DNA of 64,000 nt from assembly GCA_963730615.1 (NCBI GenBank), contig CAVSSR010000006.1, forward strand, positions 196,251-260,250, in the 5' to 3' direction. The stretch's first letter is position 1, and each line of letters opens with the position of its first letter. The notes under the pieces are model-generated. The model did no database searches. It was not told the origin of the DNA and saw nothing but the letters and a program-made list of their open reading frames with translations. Of this stretch, positions 19,872 to 31,206 are shown piece after piece. This stretch comes from an uncultured Bacteroidales bacterium (GTDB lineage Bacteria; Bacteroidota; Bacteroidia; Bacteroidales; VadinHA17). Made by a program: the position numbers and the translations under genes.

Positions 19872-21104
19872 ATGTTACAGAAATACTCACTTGAAAAGAA
19901 CAAGATTAAAGTCTTGTTGCTCGAAGGAATTCATAAAAGTGCTGTTGACTTCTTTACGGCCAACGGATACACAAATATAGAAATCCATTCCGGCTCACTT
20001 GATGATGCTGCCCTGAAAGCCAAAATTAGAGACGTAAATATTATTGGGATCCGCTCGCGTACTGAGATTACTGCAGATGTATTAAGCAGGGCTGAAAAGC
20101 TCTTTGCAATAGGATGTTTCAGCATTGGAACCAACCAGGTTGACGGTCGCGCAGCGCGGCTCAGGGGCATCCCGGTTTTTAATGCTCCTTTTTCCAATAC
20201 CCGTTCTGTAGCTGAACTGGTTATCGCCGAGTGCATCCTCCTGATGCGGAACATTCCGGTAAAGAATGCTGCTGCCCACAGGGGGCAGTGGCTGAAATCA
20301 GCCAGTAATTCATTCGAAGTCCGCGGCAAGAACCTCGGTATAATAGGTTATGGTCATATAGGATCACAGGTATCGATAATGGCAGAGGCCCTGGGCATGA
20401 ATGTCTATTATTACGATATCGCGAAGAAGCTCAGCCTGGGAAAGGCTGTCGCCTGCTCAACTCTTGAGGAGCTGCTGTCCGTCGCTCACCTTGTGACCCT
20501 GCACGTGCCCGAAACTTCGCTTACTCGCAACATGATAAGTGAAAAGGAACTTGGCATGATGAGGAAAGGATCGTGTCTCATAAATGCTTCGAGGGGTTCG
20601 GTTGTCAGCATACCTGCCCTGGTGTCCGCCCTGGAAGCTGAACATATTCTGGGAGCAGCTCTTGACGTCTTCCCGGATGAACCGGCATCGAGCGGAGATC
20701 CGTTTATTTCGGACCTGCGGAAGTTTGATAATGTCATCCTCTCACCTCATGTGGGAGGCAGCACCACCGAGGCCCAGGAGAACATCGGAACTGAAGTGGC
20801 CGAAAAGCTTGTGAGGTACAGCGATACAGGCGATACAATAGGCGCTACGAACTTTGTACAGATTTCCTTGCAGCCTAATAAAAACGCACAACGGTTTCTT
20901 CATATTCACAGGAATGAACCCGGGGTGCTGAAAGAGGTGAACTACGTCTTTACCTCTAAAGGCATAAACATTGCCGCCGAATATCTTCAGACTGATGCTG
21001 AAATAGGATATGTGATAATTGATACGGAGAGTACTCTTGACAGCAGCATCATCAGGGAGCTGAGGTCAATTGAGGGAACAATTCGGGTCAGGATGCTGTA
21101 TTGA
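19872..21104 (+). CDS. serA: D-3-phosphoglycerate dehydrogenase with C-terminal ACT domain
   Basis: 410-aa intact ORF. It has 2-hydroxyacid dehydrogenase motifs GIIGYGHIGSQV (NAD binding), SRG and the catalytic SPHVGGST. A C-terminal ~80-aa regulatory domain (RFLHIHRNEPGVL) is present. Confidence 0.9.
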   Translation: MLQKYSLEKNKIKVLLLEGIHKSAVDFFTANGYTNIEIHSGSLDDAALKAKIRDVNIIGIRSRTEITADVLSRAEKLFAIGCFSIGTNQVDGRAARLRGIPVFNAPFSNTRSVAELVIAECILLMRNIPVKNAAAHRGQWLKSASNSFEVRGKNLGIIGYGHIGSQVSIMAEALGMNVYYYDIAKKLSLGKAVACSTLEELLSVAHLVTLHVPETSLTRNMISEKELGMMRKGSCLINASRGSVVSIPALVSALEAEHILGAALDVFPDEPASSGDPFISDLRKFDNVILSPHVGGSTTEAQENIGTEVAEKLVRYSDTGDTIGATNFVQISLQPNKNAQRFLHIHRNEPGVLKEVNYVFTSKGINIAAEYLQTDAEIGYVIIDTESTLDSSIIRELRSIEGTIRVRMLY

Positions 21105-21139
21105 TACCTGATTATCCGGCCTGTTTGTTTGCAAATCAA

Positions 21140-21847
21140 TCAATTCAGGGCAATACCGACTATTAGTCCAATCCATGGTTTATTATTGTAAATCCATGAA
21201 TTTCTGTCCGGACTCATAAGATAATCAAATCCGCCGGCAATTCCGAAACTCGCAAAATCAGTCTCCAGAAAACCTGCCAGACCAAATTCAATAATCATTC
21301 CGTTATACTCATCGGTTACAATGTTATTTGTCGAGAATGGTCCAATCAGAGTTGCTCCTGTACCAGCGAATATACCAAAATCATAACCGCGATGAATGAT
21401 CCCATCCTTCTGTTTACCCATCGGATCCAATTCCTTCCTTATCCGGAAATTATCAGTTCTCCAGCCAGCATATAAGGCAGCATTGAAATCTGTAATCATT
21501 TGAGCAGGGTGATCATCTACAGGCAGACGATACTTTAATAGTACAGCGGTAAGATCAATGTCAAGGCTTTTTCTTCTAAAAGTCATCGGAAAATGGTATA
21601 GGCTGTCGACGACAGGGAAAGAAACAGACATCATTGCGCTATCATCCAATCCGTTTTCAGTTATCCTGTAAGCGTTGATTTCTTCATCGCCAACATCTAA
21701 ATATACTTTTTCAACTTCATTCTTTCCTGAGATCAGTTCATAGTAATCGCTGTAAAAACCGTGCCTTGAGGCCTTATCTATTACACTGCATGAAGTAAGC
21801 CATACCAGACCCGCTGCAATAATAATCTGTCTTTTTCCCAGGATCAT
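21140..21847 (-). CDS. hypothetical lipoprotein
   Basis: 235-aa intact ORF with a lipobox (WLTSCS). I recognise no further motif. Confidence 0.45.
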   Translation of the reverse strand: MILGKRQIIIAAGLVWLTSCSVIDKASRHGFYSDYYELISGKNEVEKVYLDVGDEEINAYRITENGLDDSAMMSVSFPVVDSLYHFPMTFRRKSLDIDLTAVLLKYRLPVDDHPAQMITDFNAALYAGWRTDNFRIRKELDPMGKQKDGIIHRGYDFGIFAGTGATLIGPFSTNNIVTDEYNGMIIEFGLAGFLETDFASFGIAGGFDYLMSPDRNSWIYNNKPWIGLIVGIALN

Positions 21848-21904
21848 CTCACAAAATTATTAATTAATAGATAATTCAAAGAGATTTCTGTTTCACGATA
21901 CAGT

Positions 21905-22822
21905 TCAGTTTGATGTTACTGAGGCGAAGGTTCTTTTAATTCCCTTGTTGTATTTTACTGACGGATAACCGAATATAACAAACAAGCCTTCCCTGCTGGC
22001 ATATTTAATTCCGTATTTTTCCCTGAATCTGCGTGCCTTTTTGCCATACTGGATCATAGGATGGATCGCCCCGAGCATGCATGTTCCAAGTCCCATGGAT
22101 TCACCTGCTATCATTGCGTATGTTGCTGCTACAACCGGATCAGCCGGGTCAGTATATGGAGATCCGTAGAAGTACATTACCAGCGGAGCGTCATAGGTTA
22201 CAACATTCTCACCCTTTTTCATCCTTGAAATATAAATATCAAAACATGGCTTCACGAAGTCTCTGAACATTTCATCATTGGATTTGCCCCAGAAAGGACG
22301 CATCAGGGCCATGAACCAGTCAGACACAAACCATCTAATGGTTTCAAGGAATTCGCAGAAGTCTTTTACGAATGCCCTGTTCTTTTCCCTGCTGTCAAGA
22401 ACAAGGACATTAACATCAGAAGGAGGAAGGCCCATCGGGGCAGTAACTGCAGCTTTCAGTATCTGTTCAATTTTGTTACCTTCAACAGGTCTGCCGTCAA
22501 ATTCACGGATGCTTCTTCTTCTCCGGAGCAATGCAAGCATCTGGTCAAAGTCTGCTGCCTTGTCCTGTGGCGGAAGGTCAAACAGATCCGACGGAGACAT
22601 TGTTCTTCCGTGTATTTCAATTGCCCCTTCAGGGCATACTGCCATGCAGTGCCCGCACGCAATGCATCCGAAGACCGCTTTATCGCTGGTTTTTGCTTTG
22701 CCGTCTTCGATGACCAGTCCAAAGTCTGAGCAGACATCAACGCACAGGCCGCAGCCAGTGCATAATTCTTCGATTATTCTGATTTCAGCCTTTTCTTTTG
22801 CGCGGGAAGTCGGTATTGCCAT
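21905..22822 (-). CDS. nitroreductase-family protein with N-terminal 2x[4Fe-4S] ferredoxin domain
   Basis: 305 aa with two CxxCxxCxxxCP motifs (CTGCGLCVDVC, CIACGHCMAVCP). These are followed by the nitroreductase N-terminal signature RRRRSIREF. Confidence 0.75.
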   Translation of the reverse strand: MAIPTSRAKEKAEIRIIEELCTGCGLCVDVCSDFGLVIEDGKAKTSDKAVFGCIACGHCMAVCPEGAIEIHGRTMSPSDLFDLPPQDKAADFDQMLALLRRRRSIREFDGRPVEGNKIEQILKAAVTAPMGLPPSDVNVLVLDSREKNRAFVKDFCEFLETIRWFVSDWFMALMRPFWGKSNDEMFRDFVKPCFDIYISRMKKGENVVTYDAPLVMYFYGSPYTDPADPVVAATYAMIAGESMGLGTCMLGAIHPMIQYGKKARRFREKYGIKYASREGLFVIFGYPSVKYNKGIKRTFASVTSN

Positions 22823-22834
22823 TTTTCACTCAAG

Positions 22835-23384
22835 TTATATAATGAAAGGTATAAATCTTTTTGTCATCTTCATGTAATCCCTGTATCTGTCTCCGAAATA
22901 TTCAATACACTCCTTTTCGTCCCCGGTTGCAGTAAACCATAGAAGGATCGAGGAGAGCAAGGCCACAAAAGTCATGATGACTGTCGGGTTCTTAAAGTAT
23001 ATACCCCAGGTAAGAAACATTAAAGAGGAATAAAGCGGATGTCTTATATACTTAAAGATACCGGAAGTTACAAGCTCTGTGGTCCTCTCAAATTTGAAGA
23101 GTTTTTCATCTACCCTTACAACTCCGGGTTTACGGGCTCTTCTGAGAAGCAAGGCACCTGCGATAATCATGTAAACAGAAATCGCAAGCAGTAGCCACGA
23201 AATAACCTGTTTTAGCCGACAACGGCTCAACAAACCAGAATTTGTAGTTTGCCACGAAGAGTGCAATGATGCACTCCCAGCTGAAGAAACGTGGGAAGCC
23301 GTGGCTTTTTATATCAAAAAGGGACCGTTTTGAGAGGTAAATGACAGGCAGGCTAAGTGCAATAAACAGAATTACTTTATCCAT
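22835..23384 (-). CDS. isoprenylcysteine carboxyl methyltransferase (ICMT)/phospholipid methyltransferase family membrane protein (one frameshift near 23220)
   Basis: ORFs 23130..23384 (N-terminal TM helices) and 22835..23266 combine into one protein. The motifs are LVTSGIFKYIRHPLYSS and ...DEKECIEYFGDRYRDYMKMT. Confidence 0.7.
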
Positions 23385-23441
23385 TTCAGTTCTTTATCAA
23401 ATCTGTAGGTTGAACCTTTTACGGTGTTCATGGAAATACTA

Positions 23442-25744
23442 TTATCCGCACAGATCATTGCCAGTGGTGCGCCGGAAAGAGAGGTGACAACGACTTCCTT
23501 CAAAGCTCCTTTCTTCCCAGAAAATGTCAACCTCAAAATTGCCTCTCGCTTTCAATCCTGTTACTGACCCTTCCGGCCATGCATCGGGCAGGGCAGGCAG
23601 TATGTTCACCACGCCGTTTTGGCTCTGCAGCAGCATCTCTGCGATGCCTGCCGTACCGCCGAAATTTCCGTCAATCTGAAACGGAGGATGGTTGTCAAAG
23701 AGATTTGGCAGTGTTGATTTTTCGAGCAGCAGCCTGAGGTGTTTATAACATTCATTTCCGTCCTGCAGGCGTGCATAATGGTTGATGATCCATGCCCTGC
23801 TCCAGCCGGTATGTCCGCCGCCGTTTCCAAGCCGGTGCTCAAGCGTTTTACGTGCAGCGGCATAGAGATCAGGTGTATCCGGCGTGATCTGTGTGCCCGG
23901 GTGCAGCCCGAAGAGATGCGACATGTGCCTGTGTCCGGGCTCAGCCTCCTCATATTCCTTTATCCACTCCATTATTGTACCGTTGGAAGCAATCCTGACC
24001 GGAGGGAGCTTGTCCAGGGTCTGCTGAAGGCTGTCCGCCCAGCCGGCGTCAGTGTTGAGTATATGAGCAGCTTTCTGACAGTTTGTGAGAACCTCCCGTA
24101 TGATCTGGTTATCCATTGTCGGGGCATAGGTCAGCTTGAATTCTTTACCGGAGACCGGATCGATATAACTGTTTTCCGGAGAGTAGGTAGGAGCGGTGAC
24201 CAAGATACCCTTCCTTATCTTCAATACAGGAAAGTCGTGATAAAGTCGGCTGCTCCCTTCATGACGGGGTATGCTCTTTCACGCAAGGATAGGCGGTGTC
24301 ACATGTAAATTCATAGTGTTCCCACAGCGGAAGAGTCATCCATGCTCCTCCAAGGGGAAACATGCCCCAGTACACACCGTCGATCACGGCCGTCTTGCCG
24401 AAGACATCTGTCGTATGATGCATTGTCCACCCCTTCGCACCGTACATCTCACGGGCAGTGACACTTCCCGGAACAGTAAGCTCCTCCATGAAAGTGATCA
24501 CGGGGTCGACGGTCTCGCTGAGATTGCATACCTCAGCGGGCCAGTAATTCATCTGCAGGTTAATGTTGACATGGTAGTCAGAGCCCCATGGTGCCTGGTA
24601 ATCCTTGTTCCAGATACCCTGCAGATTTGCGGGGAGCTGTGCTGGCCCCGCGTGATGATCCCATAAGAAGATAACGTCCGTACTGAAAATAGGTGGCTAT
24701 CAGCCCTGGGTCATCGGCGCCCGCCTGAAACCTCCTGAGACGCTCGTCGGTGGGGATGGAATCAGCTTCCCTGTCATCACCGATTTTCAGGTTGACCCTG
24801 TTGAACATTGCGGAGTGTTCCTCAATATGACTTTTCTTCAGACGTTCAAACGATTTCCATGAGGCGGTGCTTATGACATCAGTGCATTTCCTGCGGGGGT
24901 CTATTGTCCTGTCGAAATTCAGGCTGTCGATATTATAATCCGTAGCTGCATTGAAAAACATTACCAGCTCAGTACCTCCACGGTATATCAGCGATTTACT
25001 GTCATGTGTCAGCTTTCCGTCATACGCCGTGGGAAGGAGGGAGGCAAAGAACTTCATGTGTGCTCCACCCGGCCCCAGTTCAGGATCATCAGTGTCAACA
25101 ATCTGTCCCTCCATATCAATGCGGCCTTCCTTAACATTGACAACCGCATCCTGGTCACGCACCATGGAGATGGACATATCCAGGCCTCCTTTCTTCTTTG
25201 ACTTCATCAAAATAACCATCACATTGTCAGCGGCTGATGAATAGACCTCATATTCAATTTTATTCCCGTCCCTTTTAAAACTGACTTTTGCTATACCGGT
25301 CTCAAGATCCAGCTCCCTGCGGTAGTTTGTGATCTTTCCGGCGGTATCGGTAAAATGAAAGTAAATATCACCCACCGTCTGATACGACCTTAGCTTTATG
25401 GGTATGCCGGCAACATACTTCTCCGAAAGTGCAAAGGCCTCAGGTATCCTGCCTTCAAGAATAAGCCTCCTGATTTCCGGCATGTGTGCGAGGGCCCCGG
25501 GATTGTTGTTCGGGATATTCATCCCGCCCCAGAGGGACTCTTCATTGACCTGCAGTCTCTCAACAACAGGATTCCCGAACAGCATTCCCCCGAGCCTGCC
25601 GTTACCGACAGGAAGAGCTTCGGTCCATTCTGCGGCAGGGGTTTGGTACCACATTACATATTTTCTGTGCTGTAAATGGCCGGAGCCACAACCTGACAAC
25701 AGTAAAAAGGTTAAAATAAGCGGAATAAGAGGTTTTTTATTCAT
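23442..25744 (-). pseudogene. glycoside hydrolase family 95 (alpha-L-fucosidase-like), lipoprotein, at least 4 frameshifts
   Basis: There are three pieces. 24578..25744 has signal LLLSGCGS, WYQTPAAEWTEALPVGNGRLGGM and NEESLW. 24259..24552 has NINLQMNYWPAEVCNL. 23442..24224 has YSPENSY and [17 protein letters not shown]. The shift near 24646-24649 lies in a C4 run; further shifts are near 24290, 24235 and 24200. Confidence 0.85.
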
Positions 25745-27710
25745 TTTCAGGTTTAATGTTTTCTGACGGATCAAATCTCATGACAAATCCACCGTTAGGT
25801 CTGAGGGTGACAGTTGTTGATTTTTCACTTTCCAGAGTCACTTTCTTAAGGTCAAATGATCTGGGCGTATCATCTTCAGTCACAAGAATGCCATTGGCAT
25901 TGTCAATGAATGGAAACTTCATTTGCAGTTCCATGGGTCCATTGCCCGCATTGATGCCTGCAATGTACCACACGTCACCGGTACGCCTTGCAATCACAAC
26001 GAACTTTCCGGGGTAACCGTCAATGAACCTTGTTTCATCCCAGGCGACAGGTATTGCACCCATGATTTCCTTTATATATTCCGGCATCATGGCCATTCCA
26101 CCAGGGGTCTCGGCATAGTGCTGCACACCGGACAGGAAAAGGACGGCCATGGCCAACTCAGCCCCGTTACCTGTGACCCTTTCGAAATTGTCATATGTGG
26201 TAAAGCACACAGGAGTGAAATCCATCGGGTCAAAGGCATTGCGTATGAACGCGGCAGTGGTTGCTTTTGACGGCACCTTATCAGCACTCTCCTGATCAAA
26301 TGTCGCATATTCGAGGCCGCGTATCGCTTCCATCGATACAAGGTTTGGCCAGGTGCGTTGCAGTCCTCTGGGAAGGGTCGAGCCGTGGCAGTTAACAACA
26401 AGGTGATGCCTATGTGCGTCCGCAAGTATTTCCTGGTAATAGTCCATCATTGACTGTCCGTCGCCTCCGAAGAAATCGACCTTGATGCCTTTGATGCCAA
26501 GCTGCTCAAGCCTGGAGAATTCGGCCTCCCTGCTCTCATGTGTCAGTAACTTGTTTTTGGGATGGTAGGGCACTGTATTCCAGTCGCCGGCTGAGTTGTA
26601 CCAGACTATCAGGCTGACATTCTTCCCGGCTGCCATGCGCGACAGTTCAGCCAGCTTATCCCAACCGATGGTAGTGTCCCAGTTGACATCGACAAGACAG
26701 TATTCCCACCCCATCTCCGATGCATAGTCGATAAATTCCTTCTGCACCTCGTAATTCACCGAAAGATCTTTCATCAGTGCCCAGCTCCAGGAAGCCCTCC
26801 CCGGCAATACATAGGAGAAGTCGCCCGGTTCAGAAGGTTTGGCCAGGTCAGTACCAAGTGTTGATTCAACAATCACCCCCGGGGAACTGCCCATGGTTAT
26901 AATCCGCCACGGTGTGGTCCAGGGCAGGGTCGACTGCGGATATACTGCACCGCCCGTGAAACCTTCCGTAGCTTCAGGAAAAGCTATGACCATCTCACCG
27001 GATCCCTCACCCTTGTTCAGATGGCTGCCGCAATAGTTCCTGTCAGGCCAGCTTTCTGTCAAATTTATCCAGCAGTTTTTCGTGTGAAACAACGCGGGAA
27101 ACACCCAGCCATTAATACCGGGCCTGATACTGTCAAGCGGAACATCTTCAATATAATGTTCCTCATATGACGGGTTACATTGATTCCAGCCCGACTTTGA
27201 TGCTGCACGCGGCTGGATCCAGCCTGTGGTTCCGGCGACAAAATTGAAACCTGTCTTTTCAGAAGTTATTTTTTTAAGATCATCAGAGTTTCCGGGAAAA
27301 GAGTAGCAAAATGCTACACCGTCATCTGACACCTGGAAAATCACATCCATTTGCCCGCCGGAGGCGTTGGAAAGGTGGAAGACACGCCTGTTGGCTGTAT
27401 AATGCACTTCTCTCTTCTTACCGTATAGCAAAGAGTAATCATCCCGAATCGTCTGGATTTCAGATGCTGAGTCAAGAACCAGTCCGGCAGAGTAATCGCC
27501 ATCATCCCTTATTATTCCGAGCGATGAGCTTTCAATTACCGGCAACTCATTTAAGAATACAGAATAAGCGGCTTTCCCCTCGCTGCTGACAATCATGCTT
27601 ACTCTGATATTGCCGCCGGGACTCTCCAGGTTCATCCTGTCTTCATGGTTGCATGAAATAAGCAAAGGCAGAATGCCTGCTACCGCAAGGAAATGTTTAT
27701 AGGTTTTCAT
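25737..27710 (-). CDS. glycoside hydrolase family 97 (alpha-glucosidase/alpha-galactosidase, SusB-like)
   Basis: Intact ORF 25737..27743; the likely start is MKTYKHFLAVAGILPLLISCNH at 27710. GH97-type motifs are GWEYCLVDVNWD, IKGIKVDFFGGD and HGSTLPRGLQRTWPNLVSMEAIRGLEY. Confidence 0.85.
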   Translation of the reverse strand: MKTYKHFLAVAGILPLLISCNHEDRMNLESPGGNIRVSMIVSSEGKAAYSVFLNELPVIESSSLGIIRDDGDYSAGLVLDSASEIQTIRDDYSLLYGKKREVHYTANRRVFHLSNASGGQMDVIFQVSDDGVAFCYSFPGNSDDLKKITSEKTGFNFVAGTTGWIQPRAASKSGWNQCNPSYEEHYIEDVPLDSIRPGINGWVFPALFHTKNCWINLTESWPDRNYCGSHLNKGEGSGEMVIAFPEATEGFTGGAVYPQSTLPWTTPWRIITMGSSPGVIVESTLGTDLAKPSEPGDFSYVLPGRASWSWALMKDLSVNYEVQKEFIDYASEMGWEYCLVDVNWDTTIGWDKLAELSRMAAGKNVSLIVWYNSAGDWNTVPYHPKNKLLTHESREAEFSRLEQLGIKGIKVDFFGGDGQSMMDYYQEILADAHRHHLVVNCHGSTLPRGLQRTWPNLVSMEAIRGLEYATFDQESADKVPSKATTAAFIRNAFDPMDFTPVCFTTYDNFERVTGNGAELAMAVLFLSGVQHYAETPGGMAMMPEYIKEIMGAIPVAWDETRFIDGYPGKFVVIARRTGDVWYIAGINAGNGPMELQMKFPFIDNANGILVTEDDTPRSFDLKKVTLESEKSTTVTLRPNGGFVMRFDPSENIKPENE

Positions 27711-27816
27711 GCTGCTACGGTCTATTTTGAGCCGGCAGTACAACTAATTCCAGTATCACCGGCTTTTTGTTCAAATATTAATTGCAAATATAACTTTACA
27801 TTACCTGCGGTCAGGG

Positions 27817-29322
27817 CTATTCAACGCCCGAGTTGCTGACGAAAGCTATTTTTTTACTGTCAGGCGACCAGCTTGGAACGTTGATTGTCCCCTGTCCGCC
27901 ATAGAGATAGGCTATGACCCGCGGTGTCCCGCCGCCAACCGGCATCATTCTGATATACACATGTTTATAAAACGGATGATCATCGGCTTTTACCTCCGGA
28001 GGGAAGGATAGCAACACGATCAGCTTACCGTCAGGCGAGATATGCGGGAACCAGTCATTATATTCATCAAAGGTCAGCTGCTCCTGCTGCGACCCGTCAG
28101 TCTTCATCCTCCAGATCTGCATGGTTCCGGTTCTTGCTGAGTTGAAGTATATATGTTTTCCGTCCGGTGAATATTCCGGACCGTCATCCAGTCCCGGAGC
28201 ATCCGTCAGTCTCATCTCTTTCTTATTCCTGACAGAGATCTTATAAATATCAAAATTGTTATTGCGGTCGGCGGTGTAGGTCAGGTACTTCCCGTCGGGT
28301 GACCATCCGTGAAGATAGGAGGGGCTCAGCTTTGTAATTCTTTTCGGTGTGCCGCCACCAACCGGCAAAGTAAAGATGACTGAATTGTTTCCCTCATCGG
28401 CAACATGATGACTGATACCCAGCATCTTCCCGTCAAATGAGAGAACATGGTCATTGTTATTGCTGGTGGCGAAACCGCTGTTTATCACTTCAGGTTCACC
28501 TTTGTCAAGGTCGAATTTGTAAAGCAGGCCGCCGCTGTTGTAGATAAGATATTTGCCGTCTGCAGACCAGTTGGGTGCCTGTATCGATACCGGCGACTGG
28601 TAGATGACCTTCCTCATGCCTGTCTCAACATCCATGACCTCCAGGTTGCTGCCGAGAAAATCCCTGTAAGGCACAAAGTCGTCCTTTGCCGGCCTGGTGA
28701 TCCGCACATTGTTGAATACCGCTTTTTCAACCACATTATTGTCGTGAGAGCAGATGAACAGCCCGGCATAAATTTCACCGGTCATTGTATCATCGGTGAT
28801 CATGACAGTGTCAAAAGTTTCCCCCGTCACAGCACATGAGAAGATGAACCTGTTGCCTTTGCGTTCAAGCTGTATCACGTCGGGTGAAACAACCCCCGAC
28901 TTCCGTTCGGACATCTCGGCTCCTGGCGAGAGACGGTACTGCAGGGATGTGAGTCCGTCTCCGTGCACTGTTCCGCTGATGTGCGCCGAGCCCGGATCAG
29001 TACTCTGACGAATCATCCAGCCGGCCTTACGATGCATGTGACTTCCTTCCCCGAGGAACTGCACTGTGGCGCTCAGGATAAAATCTCCTTTGAGCTTCTT
29101 CCAGGCAAAATGAAACTGGTCTCCGGTGAACCAGATGTTTTCACCGGATCCTGAAAGAGTATATTCCTGGTCTGCGGGATTAAAGATCAGGTCTCCCTGC
29201 AGTTTGCACGCTCCTACATCAGAGTGTCCGTCAAAGATACTTTTTGAATAGTCCTGCCCGGAGACAGGGTCTGATATTAATGCTGTTACCGCCATACAGA
29301 TAATGAATAATTTTCCAACCAT
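27817..29322 (-). CDS. secreted TolB-like PD40/WD40 beta-propeller protein with N-terminal beta-sandwich domain
   Basis: 501-aa intact ORF with a signal peptide. It has repeated PD40 motifs (WSADGKYLIYNS, WSPDGKYLTYTADR, YSPDGKHIYFNS, ISPDGKLIVLLS, WSPDSKKIAFVS). Confidence 0.7.
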   Translation of the reverse strand: MVGKLFIICMAVTALISDPVSGQDYSKSIFDGHSDVGACKLQGDLIFNPADQEYTLSGSGENIWFTGDQFHFAWKKLKGDFILSATVQFLGEGSHMHRKAGWMIRQSTDPGSAHISGTVHGDGLTSLQYRLSPGAEMSERKSGVVSPDVIQLERKGNRFIFSCAVTGETFDTVMITDDTMTGEIYAGLFICSHDNNVVEKAVFNNVRITRPAKDDFVPYRDFLGSNLEVMDVETGMRKVIYQSPVSIQAPNWSADGKYLIYNSGGLLYKFDLDKGEPEVINSGFATSNNNDHVLSFDGKMLGISHHVADEGNNSVIFTLPVGGGTPKRITKLSPSYLHGWSPDGKYLTYTADRNNNFDIYKISVRNKKEMRLTDAPGLDDGPEYSPDGKHIYFNSARTGTMQIWRMKTDGSQQEQLTFDEYNDWFPHISPDGKLIVLLSFPPEVKADDHPFYKHVYIRMMPVGGGTPRVIAYLYGGQGTINVPSWSPDSKKIAFVSNSGVE

Positions 29323-29446
29323 TTGTCCAAAATTATATTGTTAACTCAACTCAGGTATAAAGCGATTGTTTCTGTGCATCCGGCAGTGAAAAAGCCGGAT
29401 GTGACCATACCGGTATCACAAATCCCTTTTCCAAATTCTTAAGTTG

Positions 29447-30256
29447 CTATAAATATATATCCTTCCGTTTATAAAACCGGTACGACAAAATAGTCAAAAT
29501 CAGCGACAGGCCGATAAAATAAATCAGGTTCCTGAACTCCAGCCTGTATTCCGGATTTACCGTATCAAGGTTGACAAATTTGAACGGACTTATGTACCCT
29601 ATCTTTGAAAGACTTTCAGCGATTTTTGAGAGCGTATAAACAAAATAGAGGACCAGCACCAACCCTATGCCTAATGTGGTTATCGGCCTGGACCTTTTAA
29701 CCAGGGTCGACATGAACAAACCAGCTGCACCGAAGAAAAGATTAAGCAACAGGGTGTAAAGTGTGAGGATCAGAAAGGCGTTGACACTGAATGGTTCCGT
29801 TTTAACTATTGTCATGCTTATAAAACCTGCAGCTGCCGTAACGATATTAAGTAAAACCACATTCAGAAAAACAACTGCCGCCTTGCCGGCAAAGAGCTCG
29901 CTGCGCGTCAGAGGCCATGAAAGCAGGTATTCTGCGGTCTTGTTGTACTCTTCTTTAAGCAAAATATTGGAAGAGAGTACTATTGCATAGATACTGCCAA
30001 GCACCATCATGTATATCACATTATTGGCGGAATAGAAACCCAATACAGAAAACAGATCATCAATTTCTGAAATACCCTTGAACTGCAATGCCCCTTTGGG
30101 CAGAATGCTCATCATCGCCAGTATCTTGGAATTGTTCTCCAGAAAAGTCCCGTAAACCGACATTGTCAAAGATATCAGGACTGTAATGACTATCGTCCAC
30201 ACCAGCAGGCTGACGGCATTATATTTTAATTCTCTTATAAAAAGGTTTTTGTTCAT
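29447..30256 (-). CDS. ABC-2 type transporter permease
   Basis: 269 aa with 6 predicted TM helices. It lies directly downstream (15 nt) of an ABC ATPase. Confidence 0.7.
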   Translation of the reverse strand: MNKNLFIRELKYNAVSLLVWTIVITVLISLTMSVYGTFLENNSKILAMMSILPKGALQFKGISEIDDLFSVLGFYSANNVIYMMVLGSIYAIVLSSNILLKEEYNKTAEYLLSWPLTRSELFAGKAAVVFLNVVLLNIVTAAAGFISMTIVKTEPFSVNAFLILTLYTLLLNLFFGAAGLFMSTLVKRSRPITTLGIGLVLVLYFVYTLSKIAESLSKIGYISPFKFVNLDTVNPEYRLEFRNLIYFIGLSLILTILSYRFYKRKDIYL

Positions 30257-30271
30257 CTGACAAATCCGGAC

Positions 30272-31159
30272 TTAATTGTAGTAATGCATGAATATCTCTT
30301 CAAGGGATGGCTCCTCGATTGTCAGGTCGGTTATTTTTCTGCCTGTGAGTTTTAAAACAAGCCCATTGATATCGCCTGAGTACATAAATTGCAGAGTTTT
30401 GCCGGAAATCACAGGAGTACCCTCAATACCATCAAGTCCGGCAATCTCATTGTCGGCCCGATCGGTAAATTCGATATAAATTTTCTTCAGCTGTCTCTTC
30501 CTCAGTGTTTCAATATCCTCTACTTTGATTATCCTCCCTTCCTTGATGATGGCTACACGTTTGCATAATAATTGCACTTCACTCAGGGTATGCGAAGAAA
30601 AAAATATTGTCATTCCCTTGCGGTTCTCAGACCTGAGCAGCTCAAAGAACCTTGCCTGCATCAGCGGGTCGAGACCCATGGTCGCCTCATCAAGGATAAG
30701 AAGCCGCGGGTTGTGAAGGAGGCTCTGGATAATGGAAACCTTCTTGCGGTTTCCCATCGACAGATCCGAAATCTTTCTTTTCCGGTCCAGTTCAAATAAT
30801 TCCGACAGCTCGGCTATGCGGTCCGCACCGTTCACGGTCCTGTAAAACCCAAGGCAATAGCCGAGAAATTCATCTACATCCATTGATGAATACAGATTAG
30901 CATCAGAGGGAACATAGCCGGTGCTTAACCTGATCTTTTTTGAATCCCTGACTGCATCCATGCCCATGATTTTGGCCTCTCCGCCGGTGGGGAAGATGAG
31001 GTTCAGCAATACCCTGATAGTGGTGGATTTGCCCGCTCCGTTAGGGCCGATGAATCCGAATATATCACCTTCCTCCACTTCAAGACTGACATGTTCAATC
31101 CCTCTGGCCTTACCATAGCTTTTTGTCAGATCCCTGATATCAATAATTGATGTATTCAT
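30272..31159 (-). CDS. ABC transporter ATP-binding protein
   Basis: 295 aa with Walker A GPNGAGKST, signature LSMGNRKK, Walker B LLILDEAT and H-loop SSHTL. Confidence 0.9.
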   Translation of the reverse strand: MNTSIIDIRDLTKSYGKARGIEHVSLEVEEGDIFGFIGPNGAGKSTTIRVLLNLIFPTGGEAKIMGMDAVRDSKKIRLSTGYVPSDANLYSSMDVDEFLGYCLGFYRTVNGADRIAELSELFELDRKRKISDLSMGNRKKVSIIQSLLHNPRLLILDEATMGLDPLMQARFFELLRSENRKGMTIFFSSHTLSEVQLLCKRVAIIKEGRIIKVEDIETLRKRQLKKIYIEFTDRADNEIAGLDGIEGTPVISGKTLQFMYSGDINGLVLKLTGRKITDLTIEEPSLEEIFMHYYN

Positions 31160-31206
31160 TGGAGAATCTTATTTGCATATTTTCTGTTTCAGGAATATGT
31201 ACTCAA